A stretch of 53,506 nucleotides of DNA, filler included, from Squatina squatina (taxonomy: Eukaryota), in the NCBI GenBank assembly GCA_031763465.1. It is 3 parts of 3 records of this genome, joined end to end, with 100 filler letters (N's around TTAATTAATTAA, not from the genome) between each part and the next. Parts side by side here need not be neighbours in the genome. Positions count along the whole stretch, not along the records: positions 15,592 to 40,097 come from JARFOE010000194.1; 2 more parts are not named here. One strand, written 5' to 3'. Position numbers and translations under genes: made by a program. Under the pieces are notes generated by a model. The model made no database searches. It was given only the letters and a program-made list of their open reading frames with translations, and was not told where the DNA came from. Of this stretch, positions 25,366 to 38,851 are shown piece after piece (within the stretch, counting starts at the first letter, position 1; every line of letters begins with the position of its first letter).

Positions 25366-26397
25366 TTAATAAACATGGCTGCTTTTTCTGGCTTGTTTTC
25401 AGTAACTTGTACATAACAATTCAAGCTGTTTTATAGAATAGCCGTATCAATGAGGGGAGTTTTTCTAGTCTTTATGCTGTTATATGTGTCAGAAGAACAT
25501 CCCCTTAATACACTGTATAACCCTTGAGCTACTCCCATTAGGTCTTCAGCCTATCATTGATGAAAAGGCTCTGGCCTCCTAGCCAAATCCTCAAACCATT
25601 TTCCTCTCAAATTTAGCACTTTCAGAGTTTTCCCATCCATGAGCTTTACAGCCAAGTGTTAATTTCTATACTTCTGCAAATGTCGCTGGTCGACCCTCTG
25701 GACCTTAGCTCCGTCGGTTCCAGCAGGCCCTGGACAGCTTTGAACTCATTGAGCTTGGTCACTGCCTCAGCTAATGAACTGTGTGAACCAGTCTTGCTTG
25801 ACCAAGAGAACTGTCTTGGCCAAAGGTGGATCAAGCCTGCTTGTTTAATTCAAACAACACCACACAATGAATGAATCTACTTTTGTTGTGATTGGGCATG
25901 TAAGCTGAACCTGAGGATGGAGACAACATGGCTGAGAAGTTGGGTATAAACAGAGGTGGGTCTGGAAGTGCCTTGATTGGCCTTTCAGAGTGATATCGTG
26001 CACCTGTCGTCCAAGCACCGTGCTGAAGGAAAAGGAGCCGCATTTTGATTTAAGGTGAAGAAAGGGCACAGTTTGCTTCCAGTTTGTAACCCACTGCAGC
26101 CTTTGGATTGAGGAGGGCACGTGCTCCTTGGGGTGTACCAACAGGCTGCACACAAAAGACCGATGAGCAAGACCAGGAGAATTACAGCTGCACTGAGCTT
26201 AAACTGCTTAAATTCACAGACTAAAGAATATTGCGAATATTAATCGAGATCAGGAGGAGATAATGCCTGAGGTTTGTCAAAGTCAAAAGGCTTTTGGNNN
26301 NNNNNNNNNNNNNNNNNNNNNNNNNNNNNNNNNNNNNNNNNNNNNNNNNNNNNNNNNNNNNNNNNNNNNNNNNNNNNNNNNNNNNNNNNNNNNNNNN

Positions 26398-26602
26398 GTG
26401 ACCACACGCTTGAAGGAACAGAACACGCAGTCCAAGAGATCGCCAGGGAAGAGGCAGATGAACATTTTGTCATTGTGCTGAGCGATGCTAACCTGGAGCG
26501 ATATGGTATAAACCCCGCAAGGTTCGCCCGAGCCTTGACTTGCAACCCTCAGGTTAATGCTTTCGCCATTTTCATTGGATCTCTAGGTGATCAAGCAGAA
26601 AG
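26398..26602 (+). CDS. VWA8: VWA8 penultimate coding exon, 5' end in gap (DHTLEGTEHAVQEIAREEADEHFVIVLSDANL...FIGSLGDQAER)
   Basis: Close to recalled human VWA8 C-terminal VWA domain; donor AG|gtattt. Confidence 0.95.
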
Positions 26603-26651
26603 GTATTTACACAAAATTTATGAATTTTGTATGTTGTTATTCGTGTATATT

Positions 26652-27072
26652 TCTGAGTCAGAAGGTTGTGGGTTCAAGTTCCACTCCAAAGACTTAAGCC
26701 CATAGTCCAGTGCAGTGCTGAGAGAGTGCTGCACTACTGGAGGTGCCGTCTTTTGGATGAGAAGTTAAATGGAGGCCCTGGCTGCTCTCTCTCTGATGGA
26801 AGTCAAAGATCCCGTGACACTATTTCGAGGAAGAGCAGGGGAGTTATCCCCAGTGTCCTGGCCAATTTTTAACGTTCAAGTGCTATCACCAAAACAGACT
26901 ATCTGGTCATTATCTTATTGCTATTTGTGGGAGCTTGCTGTGCACAAATTGTCTGCCACGTTTCCTACTTTACAACAATGACTACACTTCAAAAGTACTT
27001 CATTGGCTGTACTGCGCTTTGGGATGTCCTGAGGTTGTGAAAGGTGGTGTATAAATTCAAATACTTTCTTTC
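26652..27072 (+). mobile_element. DeuSINE/SacSINE1-like SINE
   Basis: B-box gggttcaagttcc, Deu-type core and tail gaggttgtgaaagg..tataaat. Confidence 0.85.
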
Positions 27073-28399
27073 TGTGGCTTGGCAGTGAGCATCACCCCCA
27101 AGAGAGCAAGTTTTGATTTGTACTCCAATCATCTCCTAATGGAACACAGTATCATTGTCTTTTTTATTGCTTGCAGCTAAGCACCCTGTTGACAGCTTCA
27201 AATATTTATCCACTGTNNNNNNNNNNNNNNNNNNNNNNNNNNNNNNNNNNNNNNNNNNNNNNNNNNNNNNNNNNNNNNNNNNNNNNNNNNNNNNNNNNNN
27301 NNNNNNNNNNNNNNNNAAATTACAACGCTAATTATGATGATGATGATCACAGAGACTCTAAAATAAGGGGGTGCATACCAGCTATACAAACTAGTGAAAT
27401 TAGGGTACACTTCAATTCCATTTGTCAATTTGAACTCAAGTTTAGGTATGAAGTCCAACATTCTAAGCTGCTCAACCACCCAATGCTTCATAGCTCAAAT
27501 CTCAGTAGTATGCAGTGCTGCAAAATATTTTTCCTGCCACTGATCAAAGTTAGATTTTTCTAACCTTATGAAAAAGAAAGCTTGCTGACGCAACACATTG
27601 CTTAGCAATACAATCAATCGAGTAATATTGGACAATTTTGTACTATTTCTCATTGTTTCTTCCATAAAGCACCACTTTTCATACATATCAATCCCATTAC
27701 ACATCACTGGTCAAGGTCCAGATGCACAGAAGTATCATTATTTTAAATGAAAAAGATACAAATGTACCAATATGAATACCGTGCCTTTGAGTGTGCTCAA
27801 GTACGATTTATGTGAACACCAGGTGAGAAGATTACTGCTGTCATTTACTAAGTATTTTGATTGTGTAATTCTTTGTATACTTAAGATAGACTTACAAAGT
27901 TATTTCTTCATTAAAGCAGGTAATGACAAAAATATCAGAACTTAATATTCACCAATCCAAAAAATGGATAAAAAGATCAATTAAAATGAAATTTGAGAGG
28001 GGGGGAATTTGAATACACAAAGCATCTTGGAAGCACGGAGGAGTGAACTTTGGGATCAGTATATAAAATTAAGCAGAAACAGACATCAGGAGTAGAAAAA
28101 GGGGCCTGGAAATGAGGTAGCTAAGAAAGCAAGCATGACAATGAGCATCTTCCAGTGTAATAACAAAAGAGTAAGTAGAAGGAAAATTAGAACTCTAAAA
28201 GATAAGTGGTGGTGAAGTCGAGTTGTAAAAAAAGTAGTTAAAATACTAAATATTTTCTAGAGAATTCACTAGAGGATAACATGATATCTAATTGTAATGG
28301 TACAAATATCATAGAAGATTTTAAGGTCAGTGTGGCAGAGGTTCTAGACAAGTTATAAAAATTGTGGAAAACAAATATGTATCCAAAGTCGAAAGAAGG

Positions 28400-29560
28400 A
28401 AATGTGATAAGAAAAAGCCAATGTTATGTACAAAGACAAATAAGATATAAACAGAATATGTTTCTATAAATTAAAGAAATTTAATACTCAACTAAACATT
28501 GTGAAGTACAAGGAACAACTAAAGAAAACGAAGGCTGCTATTAGATCAACAAAAATGCTAATGGAAAAAAGGATCATAGACAACTGTGGAAGTAATGGGA
28601 AAAGCTATTTCAGTTGTGTGAAGAGTCAGAGAACTGTGAAAGACTGTACTGGGCCACTGAAGGGTGTTCAAGGACAGGCTACAAAGGACTCACTGGGTAT
28701 GGTGGAAAAATTAAATGAATACTTTGCATCGCTATTCACCCTTGAAGATGATGCTCAACTATTAGAATTTGATAATGTTACTAACAAAATTAATAATATT
28801 AGCATAGATGAACATATTGTTTTAGAAAGAATTAAGAACTTAAAAATAGATAGAGCAGCCAGGCCAGATGATATCCACCCGAGGGTCCTCAGGGAGAAGG
28901 GACGTGTGCTGTGCGAGCCCCTAGCCTGAATTTTTACAGCTCACTCCATTCTGGAATAGTTCCTCTGGACTGGAAAGAGGCTAATGTATTCCCCATCTAT
29001 AAAAATGGTGACAAGACAGGCCCGGATAACTATAGGCCCATTAGTTTAATATCGGTAATAGGTAAGATGCTTGCAAGAATCATTAGAGATGCAATATAGG
29101 AATGCTTGGATAGAGAGCGACATATTATGGACACCCAACATGGCTTCATAAAAAGGTAATGACTTACAAACCTAACCATATTTTTTGAAGAAGTTACAAA
29201 TTTGGTGGATGAAGTAGGTCCAGTAGACATTGTCCACTTAGACTTTCAAAAAGCTTTTGATAAGGTATCACACAAGATTGAAGCCTCTGGCATTAATGGT
29301 AATATATTGAGTTGGGTTGAGAACTGGATTTGGATCTGTTTGGAGACCGATTACCTGTGATGTCCCAGAGGGATCAATGTTAGGACCGTTGCCCTTCACT
29401 ATTTTTATTATGTAGGTGTTGGGGTACAATCTGCAAATTTGCAGATGCTACCAAGATCTAGGACTGTAGATAATACTCGTCTGCTTCAGGCAGATCTTAA
29501 TGTGTTGGGAGATTGGGCTCATGACTGAAAAATGACGTATAGATAAGTTAGATATAGATG
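28400..29560 (+). mobile_element. CR1-clade LINE ORF2 (RT) relic
   Basis: PDDIHPRVLRE, WKEANVFPIYK.GDK..PDNYRPISL.SVIGKML, QHGF, LDFQKAFDKV, PEGSMLGP and KFAD; several stops and frameshifts. Confidence 0.9.
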
Positions 29561-30471
29561 TCAGATAAGTGCAGTTTTTATGCATGTGGGCAGGGTAAAT
29601 GCTCAACATTCAGTTTTATGACTCTTCACTGCACGGCCTTCAGTGTTGCACATTTCCATGGTGCCTCAATGACCAGAACACAAGATAGTCTTGGCCTGAC
29701 CAGAACACTGTACAGCCTCAGACTCCCTAAAAAATGTTGAACAATGGAGAGACATGGAGTGGAGTTTCACCCTGATCACTGCCTGGATCTCTGTTGATTC
29801 TGATTTGCATAAATGACTTGGATACTGAAACCAAAGCTCAGACGATCAATCCTGCAGTTGAAAATAATAGGGATCATTTATGCAAATAAGCAGACAGTTG
29901 GCAGTTAAAATGTAATACTGACCATGGCACTGAACAAAGGGAGTCAAGACCTGGCATACCCTTCAGGTGAAGCAGGGTTTGTGGGCAGAGAATAATTGAG
30001 CAGGACATACAGACATCTCCATTTGAAGGCCTTAGAATTAGTTCTTATCTATAATATTAAAACCTACTGTCGGTGTGCATTTCCTGGTAACTTTTTTTCT
30101 ATTATAAATTCCTATATTCATATTCCAACCACAAATACCCGTATAGAATTGTTTAGATTGAAGTGCCTCCACTGGTGGGACCATATAATTCCAACACGAC
30201 AGTTTCAACTAAGAAAGTGGACATAGGAACTCACAACAGAGCATGTTGATGGGAAGTGTGCGCAGACATTAAAAATGTTTAATATATTATAGATAAATAC
30301 AAAGTATCACATATTAGGCAATGGGTGTCATAAGTGCAAAACAGAATTAACACAGGTGAGGCAATTAGGAATAACATGTTGTGTTAAGTAGCAACAATAG
30401 TGGAATACAAGTTCCCTGAGATTATACAATACACTGGCTGGAGAAACTGTTCAATTTGGGTCACCAATTAC

Positions 30472-30593
30472 AAAAGAAATTGGATTTATATAGCGCTGTT
30501 CATGACCACCGGACATCTCAAAGTGCTTTACAGCCAACGAAGTACTTTTGGAGTCTACTCACTGTTGTAATGTGGGTAACGTGGCAGCCAATT
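30472..30593 (-). mobile_element. DeuSINE/SacSINE1-like SINE 3' tail
   Basis: atttatatagcgc...caaagtgctttacagccaacgaagtactttt, cut by gap. Confidence 0.75.
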
Positions 30594-31209
30594 NNNNNNN
30601 NNNNNNNNNNNNNNNNNNNNNNNNNNNNNNNNNNNNNNNNNNNNNNNNNNNNNNNNNNNNNNNNNNNNNNNNNNNNNNNNNNNNNNNNNNNNNTGGATTG
30701 AGCAATGCCCATTCTTCAGGTGCTACCTGGAGTATGAATGCCCCAATATGGTGGGTAGGAAGCATGTGCACTCCTTTGCATATGTAAACAAGGAGCCTAA
30801 CATTCATTTAAAGACCCCTCTCCAAGATTGGTTTGCCCCAAGGCAGCCAGCACCATTGGTGGCTGAACTGAGAAACCAGCCCTAGGGATCACCTGTAACA
30901 GAAGGCATGTAACTTAACTGAATGCAAGCACTCTTGCTCCTCCCAACCCCACATTCCAAATCACTGTTCTCTTCCCCACCACATCACCCACTCCCACCTC
31001 CCAACCCTCTGCCCTGACCCCCAAATCTTCCTTCCCCACACCCACATTTAAACCCCCTCCTAATCACTGCTGCTCTCAGCCCTCAAATCAGCCCAACCAC
31101 CATTGATAAGTGACCCTTTCCCTCAACCTTCTCTCCAAGCCACTGACCCTTCTCACCCTCCCTTCTCCCCCATACAAATGCATACTATACTGGCTATCCA
31201 TGCCAAACT

Positions 31210-31215
31210 TTATTT
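31210..31215 (-). terminator. Putative RGCC polyadenylation signal AATAAA
   Basis: tttatt on the plus strand about 195 nt downstream of the RGCC stop. Confidence 0.45.
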
Positions 31216-31409
31216 TAGTAAAAATAAAGCATGCAAATTTTAATGCATTTGAAATTGGTTTGAAGTGTATTTACTGATTGAGAACTGGTGACTGTCAAGA
31301 GTCAACATGAAAACAGTCATTGAGTAATGTGGCAGATTTAACAGGTTTTGTAGACATTGGTGTACTTTCTTTTCCATGTGGCTGAAGACCAAGGCTCACC
31401 CTCTTCCTT

Positions 31410-31480
31410 TCACATACTTTTTAATGTTTTGTCCAAATCAGCAATAAAGTCTTCCAGTTCCTTTGTATCTCCAAGCTTTG
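31410..31480 (-). CDS. RGCC: RGCC (RGC-32) last coding exon ([23 protein letters not shown])
   Basis: Minus strand tttacag|CA AAG CTT GGA...ATG TGA. Matches recalled human C-terminus [24 protein letters not shown]; convergent with VWA8 as in human. Not in the ORF track. Confidence 0.93.
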
Positions 31481-32724
31481 CTGTAAAGAAAAGAACCATT
31501 TGAGGATTTTCACTGAGGGTTGGCATTGCTAGTCTCTCCTGTTCACAAGATCTCGGGAAAACACAGAGTGCCTGATCAAAGGCCCATTTACATTGTTGGA
31601 GGGTACTAGTATAGTGGTTATGGTACTTGAACTAGCAACCCCCAAAAATGACCATTAAAGCTGTCCACTTATTGCAAAAACCCCCCAACTGATTCACTAA
31701 TGTTAGATTTGCCACTCCTTCAATCCCATACCAGTTGGCCCCAAAGCAAGATTCATAGGTTTGTTATGGTTGACTGCCAAGAAGACCTAGTAATAAGCCA
31801 ACTGCTGCATGCAAAGCAGGTTGAAATAACCACACACATGTGCCAAGAATGTGAATACATAATCACCTGAACTTCATGTTACTGACTGGGACCTTGCCTG
31901 GTACCAGGGTAAGAGCCAAACAGGGCAGCAATCAAACAGCTATCCTGTGAAAAGGCCCTTCTGTGGCCAAATATTGCCAGGGAAAAGGGTGGCCATTTAC
32001 ATTGGTACTGATGGCACCTTGCCTCTTGAGTTAGAAGTTAATGAGCTCTGCCTTTATTTATGCTTGTGCTGCCTGCAAGTATGTTACACAGCACACTGTC
32101 CCACAACCAGGTCATTGCAGGCACAATAAGCCACTTGCTGCAGAAGAATCAAAGCCAGTTCAAACTCCTGCACCAGGCCCTAGAGTTTCACTTGATTGAG
32201 ACTGATTAGTGCTGAGAGAACAGCTGCAAAACAAGCNNNNNNNNNNNNNNNNNNNNNNNNNNNNNNNNNNNNNNNNNNNNNNNNNNNNNNNNNNNNNNNN
32301 NNNNNNNNNNNNNNNNNNNNNNNNNNNNNNNNNNNNATAAAACCAATTATATTTTTTAAAAATCAGCTTTGGTTGATCCTTAACCTCTCGTACCCTGCTT
32401 TGGCTGAGATTCTCTCTTCCCTCCTTTTCGTCCCTTCCTCATTTAATCAAATGGCCTATGTCTTTTTGGTCCATTGAGGTCCAAACATAATTCATGGCCA
32501 CTCTAAATGAGATACCAGAGGACCCTGAGCACACTTGGAACTATTTTAGCCAGGTGTCATTGTAAAGAGGAAATTGAGGCATTCTTTGTGTACATTGTAC
32601 ACAAGTTGAATGTGAATTTTATATTGAAGTGCAATATCATAACTAAATTGTGTTGAATTTTTGAAATTACACTATACACTTGAAGTGTGTATAAAATGTA
32701 TCCATTCTCTTTTTTAAATTTTAG

Positions 32725-32842
32725 TTTCAAAACCTGCACCAGACTGGGAAGGAACAGCAGTAATAAATGGAGAATTCAAAGAGCTGAAGCTTACAGATTA
32801 TCGAGGCAAATACCTTGTCTTCTTTTTTTACCCACTTGATTT
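32725..32842 (+). CDS. PRDX4: PRDX4 exon ([39 protein letters not shown])
   Basis: ttttag|TT...TT|gtaagt. Typical 2-Cys peroxiredoxin with PRDX4-type WEGTAV. Not in the ORF track. Confidence 0.95.
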
Positions 32843-32957
32843 GTAAGTATCAGAATTACTCGAGGTAAGTGAATCAGTGCTATCTGTGGTGAAGGGAAAT
32901 TGTAATCACTGACTATAAAACATTCTGATCATGTCATTGGTTAAGTACAGCTTAGAG

Positions 32958-33020
32958 CATGGGTTCTCAACCTTTTTGCTTCTGAGGCACCCCTTCCATG
33001 TTCTAAAAAATTCCATGGAC
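32958..33020 (+). mobile_element. Possible hAT-Charlie-type terminus
   Basis: catgggttctcaaccttttt resembles Charlie TIRs; the partner TIR is not seen (gap at 33467). Confidence 0.3.
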
Positions 33021-34027
33021 CCCTGTAACACACAACAAGTAATTTCTGTGTAAAAATTCTCTGTGCTGCTTCCACTCACCTATGCTGCTGCTGCTATCCC
33101 AGCACTGCAGAAAATACTGGTCTCCACACCCATCCCACTCCCTCGTTCCCTCCACACGAGGCCTAATTATCTGACACACAGTCTGTTTCTTTCCCCCGAT
33201 TCCCTCACCGACTGTTTCCAGCAAATCAGCTGGTGCCGGTTCTCTTGATTGCCAGTCAGACAGCCTTTTCCACCCCCTTCTCCAATACTTTTAGAACTAA
33301 TAAACAAAAGTGTACAATAAAAATGACAAAACACTTTTGTAAGGTCCGTATAATTTTTCTACCAAATTGCTTACAGCGATGTGCAGATTAATGTTTTATT
33401 CCTGGAATCCTGGAAGGTTGAAATCCAAGCTGGAGGCCAACATTTGGAGTGAACTATCAGATCCTCNNNNNNNNNNNNNNNNNNNNNNNNNNNNNNNNNN
33501 NNNNNNNNNNNNNNNNNNNNNNNNNNNNNNNNNNNNNNNNNNNNNNNNNNNNNNNNNNNNNNNNNNGGCAGCAACAGCCGCTACACATGGATAACACCCT
33601 AGTGTCCAGATGGAACACATCTAATAGTATAACTGGAACTGCTTGGGTGCAAGAGGAGCTGTGAAATGGTGATCTGCATAGCTTATGGAGGATTTTAACG
33701 CCAAATCACCTGATTGCTACCGAAGAGATTTTGCCCAATTTTGTAATTGAATTTGGAAGAATTTGTCCTAATATCTCCTTGTGTGGCTGTGTTAAATGAT
33801 GCTCCTATGAAATGCCTTGAAGCATGTTACAATGTTAAAGACGTTGTATAAATGCAAATTGGTGAAGTAGTATACTGAGAATGGCACGCCTCCAACAAAA
33901 CACATACTTTTATAGTTTCCCACTGCCTTTGCTCAAGCCTATTTTGTATATGTAAGTTACATTAAATGTACAGCTTCCATCATGAGAAATAAAGTTGACA
34001 CTAATACAAACACTGTTTTTCTTCTAG

Positions 34028-34158
34028 AGGCCTTTTTATTATTGATGACAAAGGAGTACTGAGACAAATTACAATGAATGATCTCCCAGTGGGCCGGTCA
34101 GTGGATGAAACCCTTCGTTTAGTTCAAGCATTCCAGTACACTGACACACACGGTGAAG
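34028..34158 (+). CDS. PRDX4: PRDX4 exon ([43 protein letters not shown])
   Basis: ttctag|A...GAAG|gtacat; canonical Prx sequence. Confidence 0.95.
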
Positions 34159-34362
34159 GTACATATGAATATTATTTGAGCTAAGTGCATGAGACTTATT
34201 TCAGTCAGCATTTTCAATTAAATTGGCGAAAGTAAATAACTTGGAATGGAATAAAATAAAATAGTGCAGAGTGAATAGTTATGCTTTTTTGCAAAGGAGT
34301 TGCTCAGCTGCAGCCTGAATTCATGTCCTATTGTTTTGATGTTTGGTCTTTGGTTTTTATAG

Positions 34363-34397
34363 TTTGCCCGGCTGGTTGGAAACCTGGAAGCGATACG
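34363..34397 (+). CDS. PRDX4: PRDX4 35-nt exon with resolving Cys (VCPAGWKPGSDT)
   Basis: tttatag|TT...ACG|gtaaga; phase-compatible with the preceding exon (G|TT = Val). Confidence 0.95.
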
Positions 34398-35425
34398 GTA
34401 AGACTGNNNNNNNNNNNNNNNNNNNNNNNNNNNNNNNNNNNNNNNNNNNNNNNNNNNNNNNNNNNNNNNNNNNNNNNNNNNNNNNNNNNNNNNNNNNNNN
34501 NNNNNNCCTGATATTCCCCAAATTTGCACTTGCTAGGCCAATTCAGAGGGCATTGAGTCAACAACATAGTGTGGGACTAGAGCAACCCCAGTGTTCCTCT
34601 AAACCTGAATACATTGTGAATGCTTACAGCTGCCTACACAAGGCAGCAAACTAGACTTCCTGAATCTCTGACATTAGCACTGAGCAGTAGAGGGGACAGA
34701 TCATAGGTTTTCTGGGGAGGCCAGGTTCCAGGCATTTCTTTGCCAGCTTTTATACAAAATCTACCCTTCATAGACCCCGCTGCCTCTCAAAAATAGACCA
34801 TGCCAAAGATCTCCACCACCACCACCACCCCACTTGGGGCCTGGACTCAACGTAAATATAACAGTCTGATACTCCCATAAGTATTAAACTCAAGAGGGTT
34901 CAGGTGGAATGAGAAGGGCATTACATGTACCACCCCGGATACAAACTTAAGGAGTTCTACCATACTGATGGGTGCCTGCTGGAAGGTGATGAACAAATGG
35001 TCTTGCCAGTTTCACCTATGACCAGACAGCAGAAAAATAGTTAATAGAATCATAATGACTATGACGTCACTCAACATTACTTATTTTATTTATGAAGGAG
35101 GTGGTAAGTCATTACTCACGAGGTATGCAGTCAACTTATTTCAGAAATAAATAGTATCTAGTTGCATGTCTGGTATTTCCTGAATATTCTCACTACTAGA
35201 TAGCACAATGATGTACATGCCACATGGATTATACAGTCCCTACCATTTATATCAATCGCATTGGTGCTAATGCGATTTGCAGTCGGTAAAACCAAAATGG
35301 TAAGTAACCAACATACTGAGAATCTCATCACTCCTGCTCTTTAATCAGGTGTGAAGAGCTGATTGAAACGGCTTCTGGACCAGAACCCTGGCTGAAATCA
35401 GAAACTCTCCTCAGAAATGTGTTAC

Positions 35426-35576
35426 CTCCGTAGGTCTTTGGGATAACCTGCATCACATCTTTCTCCGAGGCAAAGGTGAAATGGAAGATATTGGTAGTGT
35501 TGTGCTCTTTTGTGAGTGGATCGACAACCTCACTGTGCACTCTGACCTGGATATATTTGTTTTCAGTATAACAAAC
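35426..35576 (-). CDS. ACOT9: ACOT9 penultimate coding exon (VCYTENKYIQVRVHSEVVDPLTKEHNTTNIFHFTFASEKDVMQVIPKTYG)
   Basis: Minus strand ctctacag|GTT...GGAG|gtaaca. Matches recalled human VCFTQNNYIQVRVHSEV...TTNVFHFTF.SEK....PKTYGE; tail-to-tail with PRDX4 as in human. Confidence 0.92.
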
Positions 35577-36602
35577 CTGTAGAGTGAGGAAAGGACGTTG
35601 TTAATGAAACACAAACAGCTGCTTCGTCNNNNNNNNNNNNNNNNNNNNNNNNNNNNNNNNNNNNNNNNNNNNNNNNNNNNNNNNNNNNNNNNNNNNNNNN
35701 NNNNNNNNNNNNNNNNNNNNNNNNNNNNCAATCCCACCAAGAGTCTAAACTCTTTGTAATGGCCAAGTTCATCTAAAAATTGAATATAGCTCCCATATCT
35801 GAGCACGTTGATAGTTCCATCACATTCTTTGACTGTATACATGCAAAGCTGGTCTCCAGCTAGCCTCCAACTAATGACACACTTCTCAGCTCTCCCTCAA
35901 CTTTCTCAATACTGCTATGGTCAGTGCTCCTCTGAAGCTTGACCTCCTGGTCCTCCAAAGTTGCAAAAAGGTCATGCTGTCTCCTACTCTAATTCATTCT
36001 ATCCCAACACCTTGAAACTTGCTTCCTTCAGTCTGGCCTTCCTCCGACAACAATCTCAAACTTTGTTGTCAACCAATCATTGTGTCCTGGTTTACCGAAT
36101 CATCTACCCATTTCAACTTGGGCCTTGGCCTCTCATACATACCACACTGACCAGACAGAACTGTGGTGTTTCTGCATTCAGAATCAACATCCCCCAATAC
36201 TGCTCTCCACACATCTCCCATATAGTGTTCAGCATATTTCCAAGTTTGCCGATTTTAAAAATGACCACCACAGAGCAGGATAACAAGCCAATAATTGGGA
36301 TTTAGGATCTCATATACCCTTGATTCCTGCATTATCTTCATTTATCATCTTTTCTACCCTTTCATACATTTCACGCGATCTTTGCTGTTCTTGCTCAAGC
36401 CAAAAAAAGTTCAATAGCTTTAAAACTGTTGTGTGCCAGTTTTACCTCCAAATGAGTCAAGGTCTTCAAGGATCCTGCCAAATCTGCGTAAGGAAGAATA
36501 CACCAAGACTCAATATAAAAATATTGTATGTTATTTGAGAAAGTTTGATGCCAAGCTGAAAGGTAATTGAAACTATAAATCATAATTGATCAACTGTTGT
36601 AC

Positions 36603-36752
36603 CTTATAAAATTATGTACATTCAGATACTTCTCTCTTAAGTCGGGCTGGCATCCTAATGGTAGATAAGCCTCCAGATAACTGTCCATCATTCGCCGACA
36701 TGGCAAGTCGCCCTGGTGGGTTACTGTTAGAGGACTTGAAGCTTTTTCCTTT
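36603..36752 (-). pseudogene. ACOT9: ACOT9 N-terminal exon, apparently 5'-truncated and frameshifted (THQGDLPCRRMMDSYLEAYLPLGCQPDLREKYLNVHNFIR)
   Basis: Matches recalled human SQDGLPPRRMKDSYIEVLLPLGSEPELREKYLTVQNTVR, with donor AG|gtacaa intact. Upstream RKKLQVL is in a different frame and abuts Harbinger-like sequence. Confidence 0.65.
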
Positions 36753-36754
36753 GC

Positions 36755-37890
36755 AGATTGGAAATGTATGGGCTCTGTCGTGTATGCAGAGCCTTGTGTA
36801 ATGTCAAAGGTGGACTCCTCCATGCTCCTTATCACTGCCGAGAGGCTCTCAGGCACCCTTGCCATTGCATCTATCATCTCTGTGTGCATGCCCATCATCT
36901 TCTTCTAAATGCCTCCCTATCAAGGTCCTCATCTGAATCCTATGCAGCGGAACTTGTGCACAAACTCACTCTCCAGGGATCTGGCCCCGGAGCTACCCTT
37001 TTCCCCCTAACCTTGCTGCAGCCCACTTGTCCTCAGTGCCTCACCCTGTGCAGATCCTGCTACCATACTAGCGTCAAAAGAATGTGTGGTGCCAGTATCT
37101 GAGCTGGTGCCTGCAGGTAAGACATGCAGTGACGTGGTGTGTTCTTCTTCTTCCTCTTCTCCCGCCTTGCTCTCTACAGTGCCCTCAGGGACAGGCTGTT
37201 CTGGTGCTTGCTGATTATCTGAAAGCATAAAAGTGCAAGAGTTAGGTTAAGGTGAGGGGAGTGGGGCAGGAAGGGAGAAATGCATGCAAACAACATGATT
37301 AGCTGGACAGTACAAAATGGTTGTGGCATGATGGGGAAGTGGGATGTGAGAAGGAGTATGGATGAACATACTGTTGTTGTGCCCAAGGGGGTCAACGTCA
37401 CAGATGGCCATGGCTTCCCCCACCTGGTACCCAATAATCTGCAGCCTGTGAACTCGTGCTCTCTCCTGTTGTGAGCCACCTTGGCCTGCCTGTAAGAAAG
37501 AGAGTTAGTGTGGAGCAATGTGTTTGGGTGATGTGCCTGCCATAGTTGAATAACTATCATTGTGTGCAAGTTGTAGATGAGGGTGTGCATGTTGGTAGGT
37601 AGAGATTGTTGGCGGGTGAGTGTGGTACTTTAGGCAGTGTATGAAGATTGTGGTTCAGGTGGAGGTATGTACTATTTGTTGAAGCCTTCACTCACCCTTG
37701 CCACCCGAGTGAGGTCATTAAATTTCTTCCTGCAATGTGTGTGGATCCTGGGACCACAGTGCTGCCTGAGACATGCTGCACTACCTCCCTCCACATGGAG
37801 CGTCTCTCCACAGCGAACACCAATGCTTCCAATGCTTGATCGCAGAATCTGCAGGCTCTCACCCTGGGGTGTGGATCTGCCATGAGTACA
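36755..37890 (-). mobile_element. Degenerate Harbinger Myb/SANT-like (ORF1) gene with introns
   Basis: RACRFCDQALEALV...WREV...HCRKKFNDLTRVAR|gtgagt; next exon cttacag|..AKVAHNRRE; then GMHTEMIDAMARVPESL..SMEES. Multiple frameshifts. Confidence 0.7.
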
Positions 37891-38851
37891 GCTGCTTCAG
37901 TCCTCCGGCTCCTTCTCCTTGACCTGCTGGTACTTGTTGAGGCAGTGGCACAGCCAGCAATACTGACAATGAGGTCCTGCAGCATCAATGAACCTCCCCT
38001 TTAAGAACTGGAAAAGCCTGTGGCAATCATGACTTGCGATTAGACTGCACCTGATATTGGTCCACCCTTTGAGCATCACACCAATGAGCTTGGGCTTAAA
38101 GACTTGAACTAGGACTCCAATCATTTATTTGAGCATTGAGCACGAATTTTGTGTTCAGTCTNNNNNNNNNNNNNNNNNNNNNNNNNNNNNNNNNNNNNNN
38201 NNNNNNNNNNNNNNNNNNNNNNNNNNNNNNNNNNNNNNNNNNNNNNNNNNNNNNNNNNNNNGTGTATCAAACCAGTACTTGATTTTTTTTTATTAACAAG
38301 AACTGTTTTCCTTTGCAGATATGTACAAAAAGGAAAGATATATATTTAATGTAATGAAGGAAATTGTTGGTTGAGAGGCTACCAATTTTATTAATGCATT
38401 AGTATACCAGTGTAGTTAAATACTGTTGTATTGTATCCTGACTGTTCCTAGTAATGGCATTAATTTTCTTTTATAAACATGTTGGGGCCTTTCACACTGG
38501 TCTTTTAAGTCCGCATTTGGATCCATTTTCCATGGCTGCCTTGAAGGCCTAGTTTGAGCTGGGTCTACAAGTCTGCTGCTGGATTAAGGAAACCAAATTT
38601 AACAGTATAACTGCGGAGTGCCAACTTCTGAATCCGCCTTAAGACCAATCTGAAAGCAACTTTGGGTAGCAGCAGAAGATTCCTATAAAGGTTTTGAGAG
38701 CTTGCTGTGTAATCAATTCATGTTGATTGGTCCAAAGGATAAGCTCGATGAATTGAAATTTCTTAAATGTGACAATTACCTTTTTTAATATCTGGTTCTT
38801 GTTTTCAATAATGTTGAATGTATTCTCTTTTAATTTATCTCCAATCTTCAG

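Noticed and set aside
34589-34700. Possible hAT-Tip100 MITE (cagtgttcctcta...tagaggggacag)
   Set aside because: Inverted ends are short and imperfect, with no clear target-site duplication.
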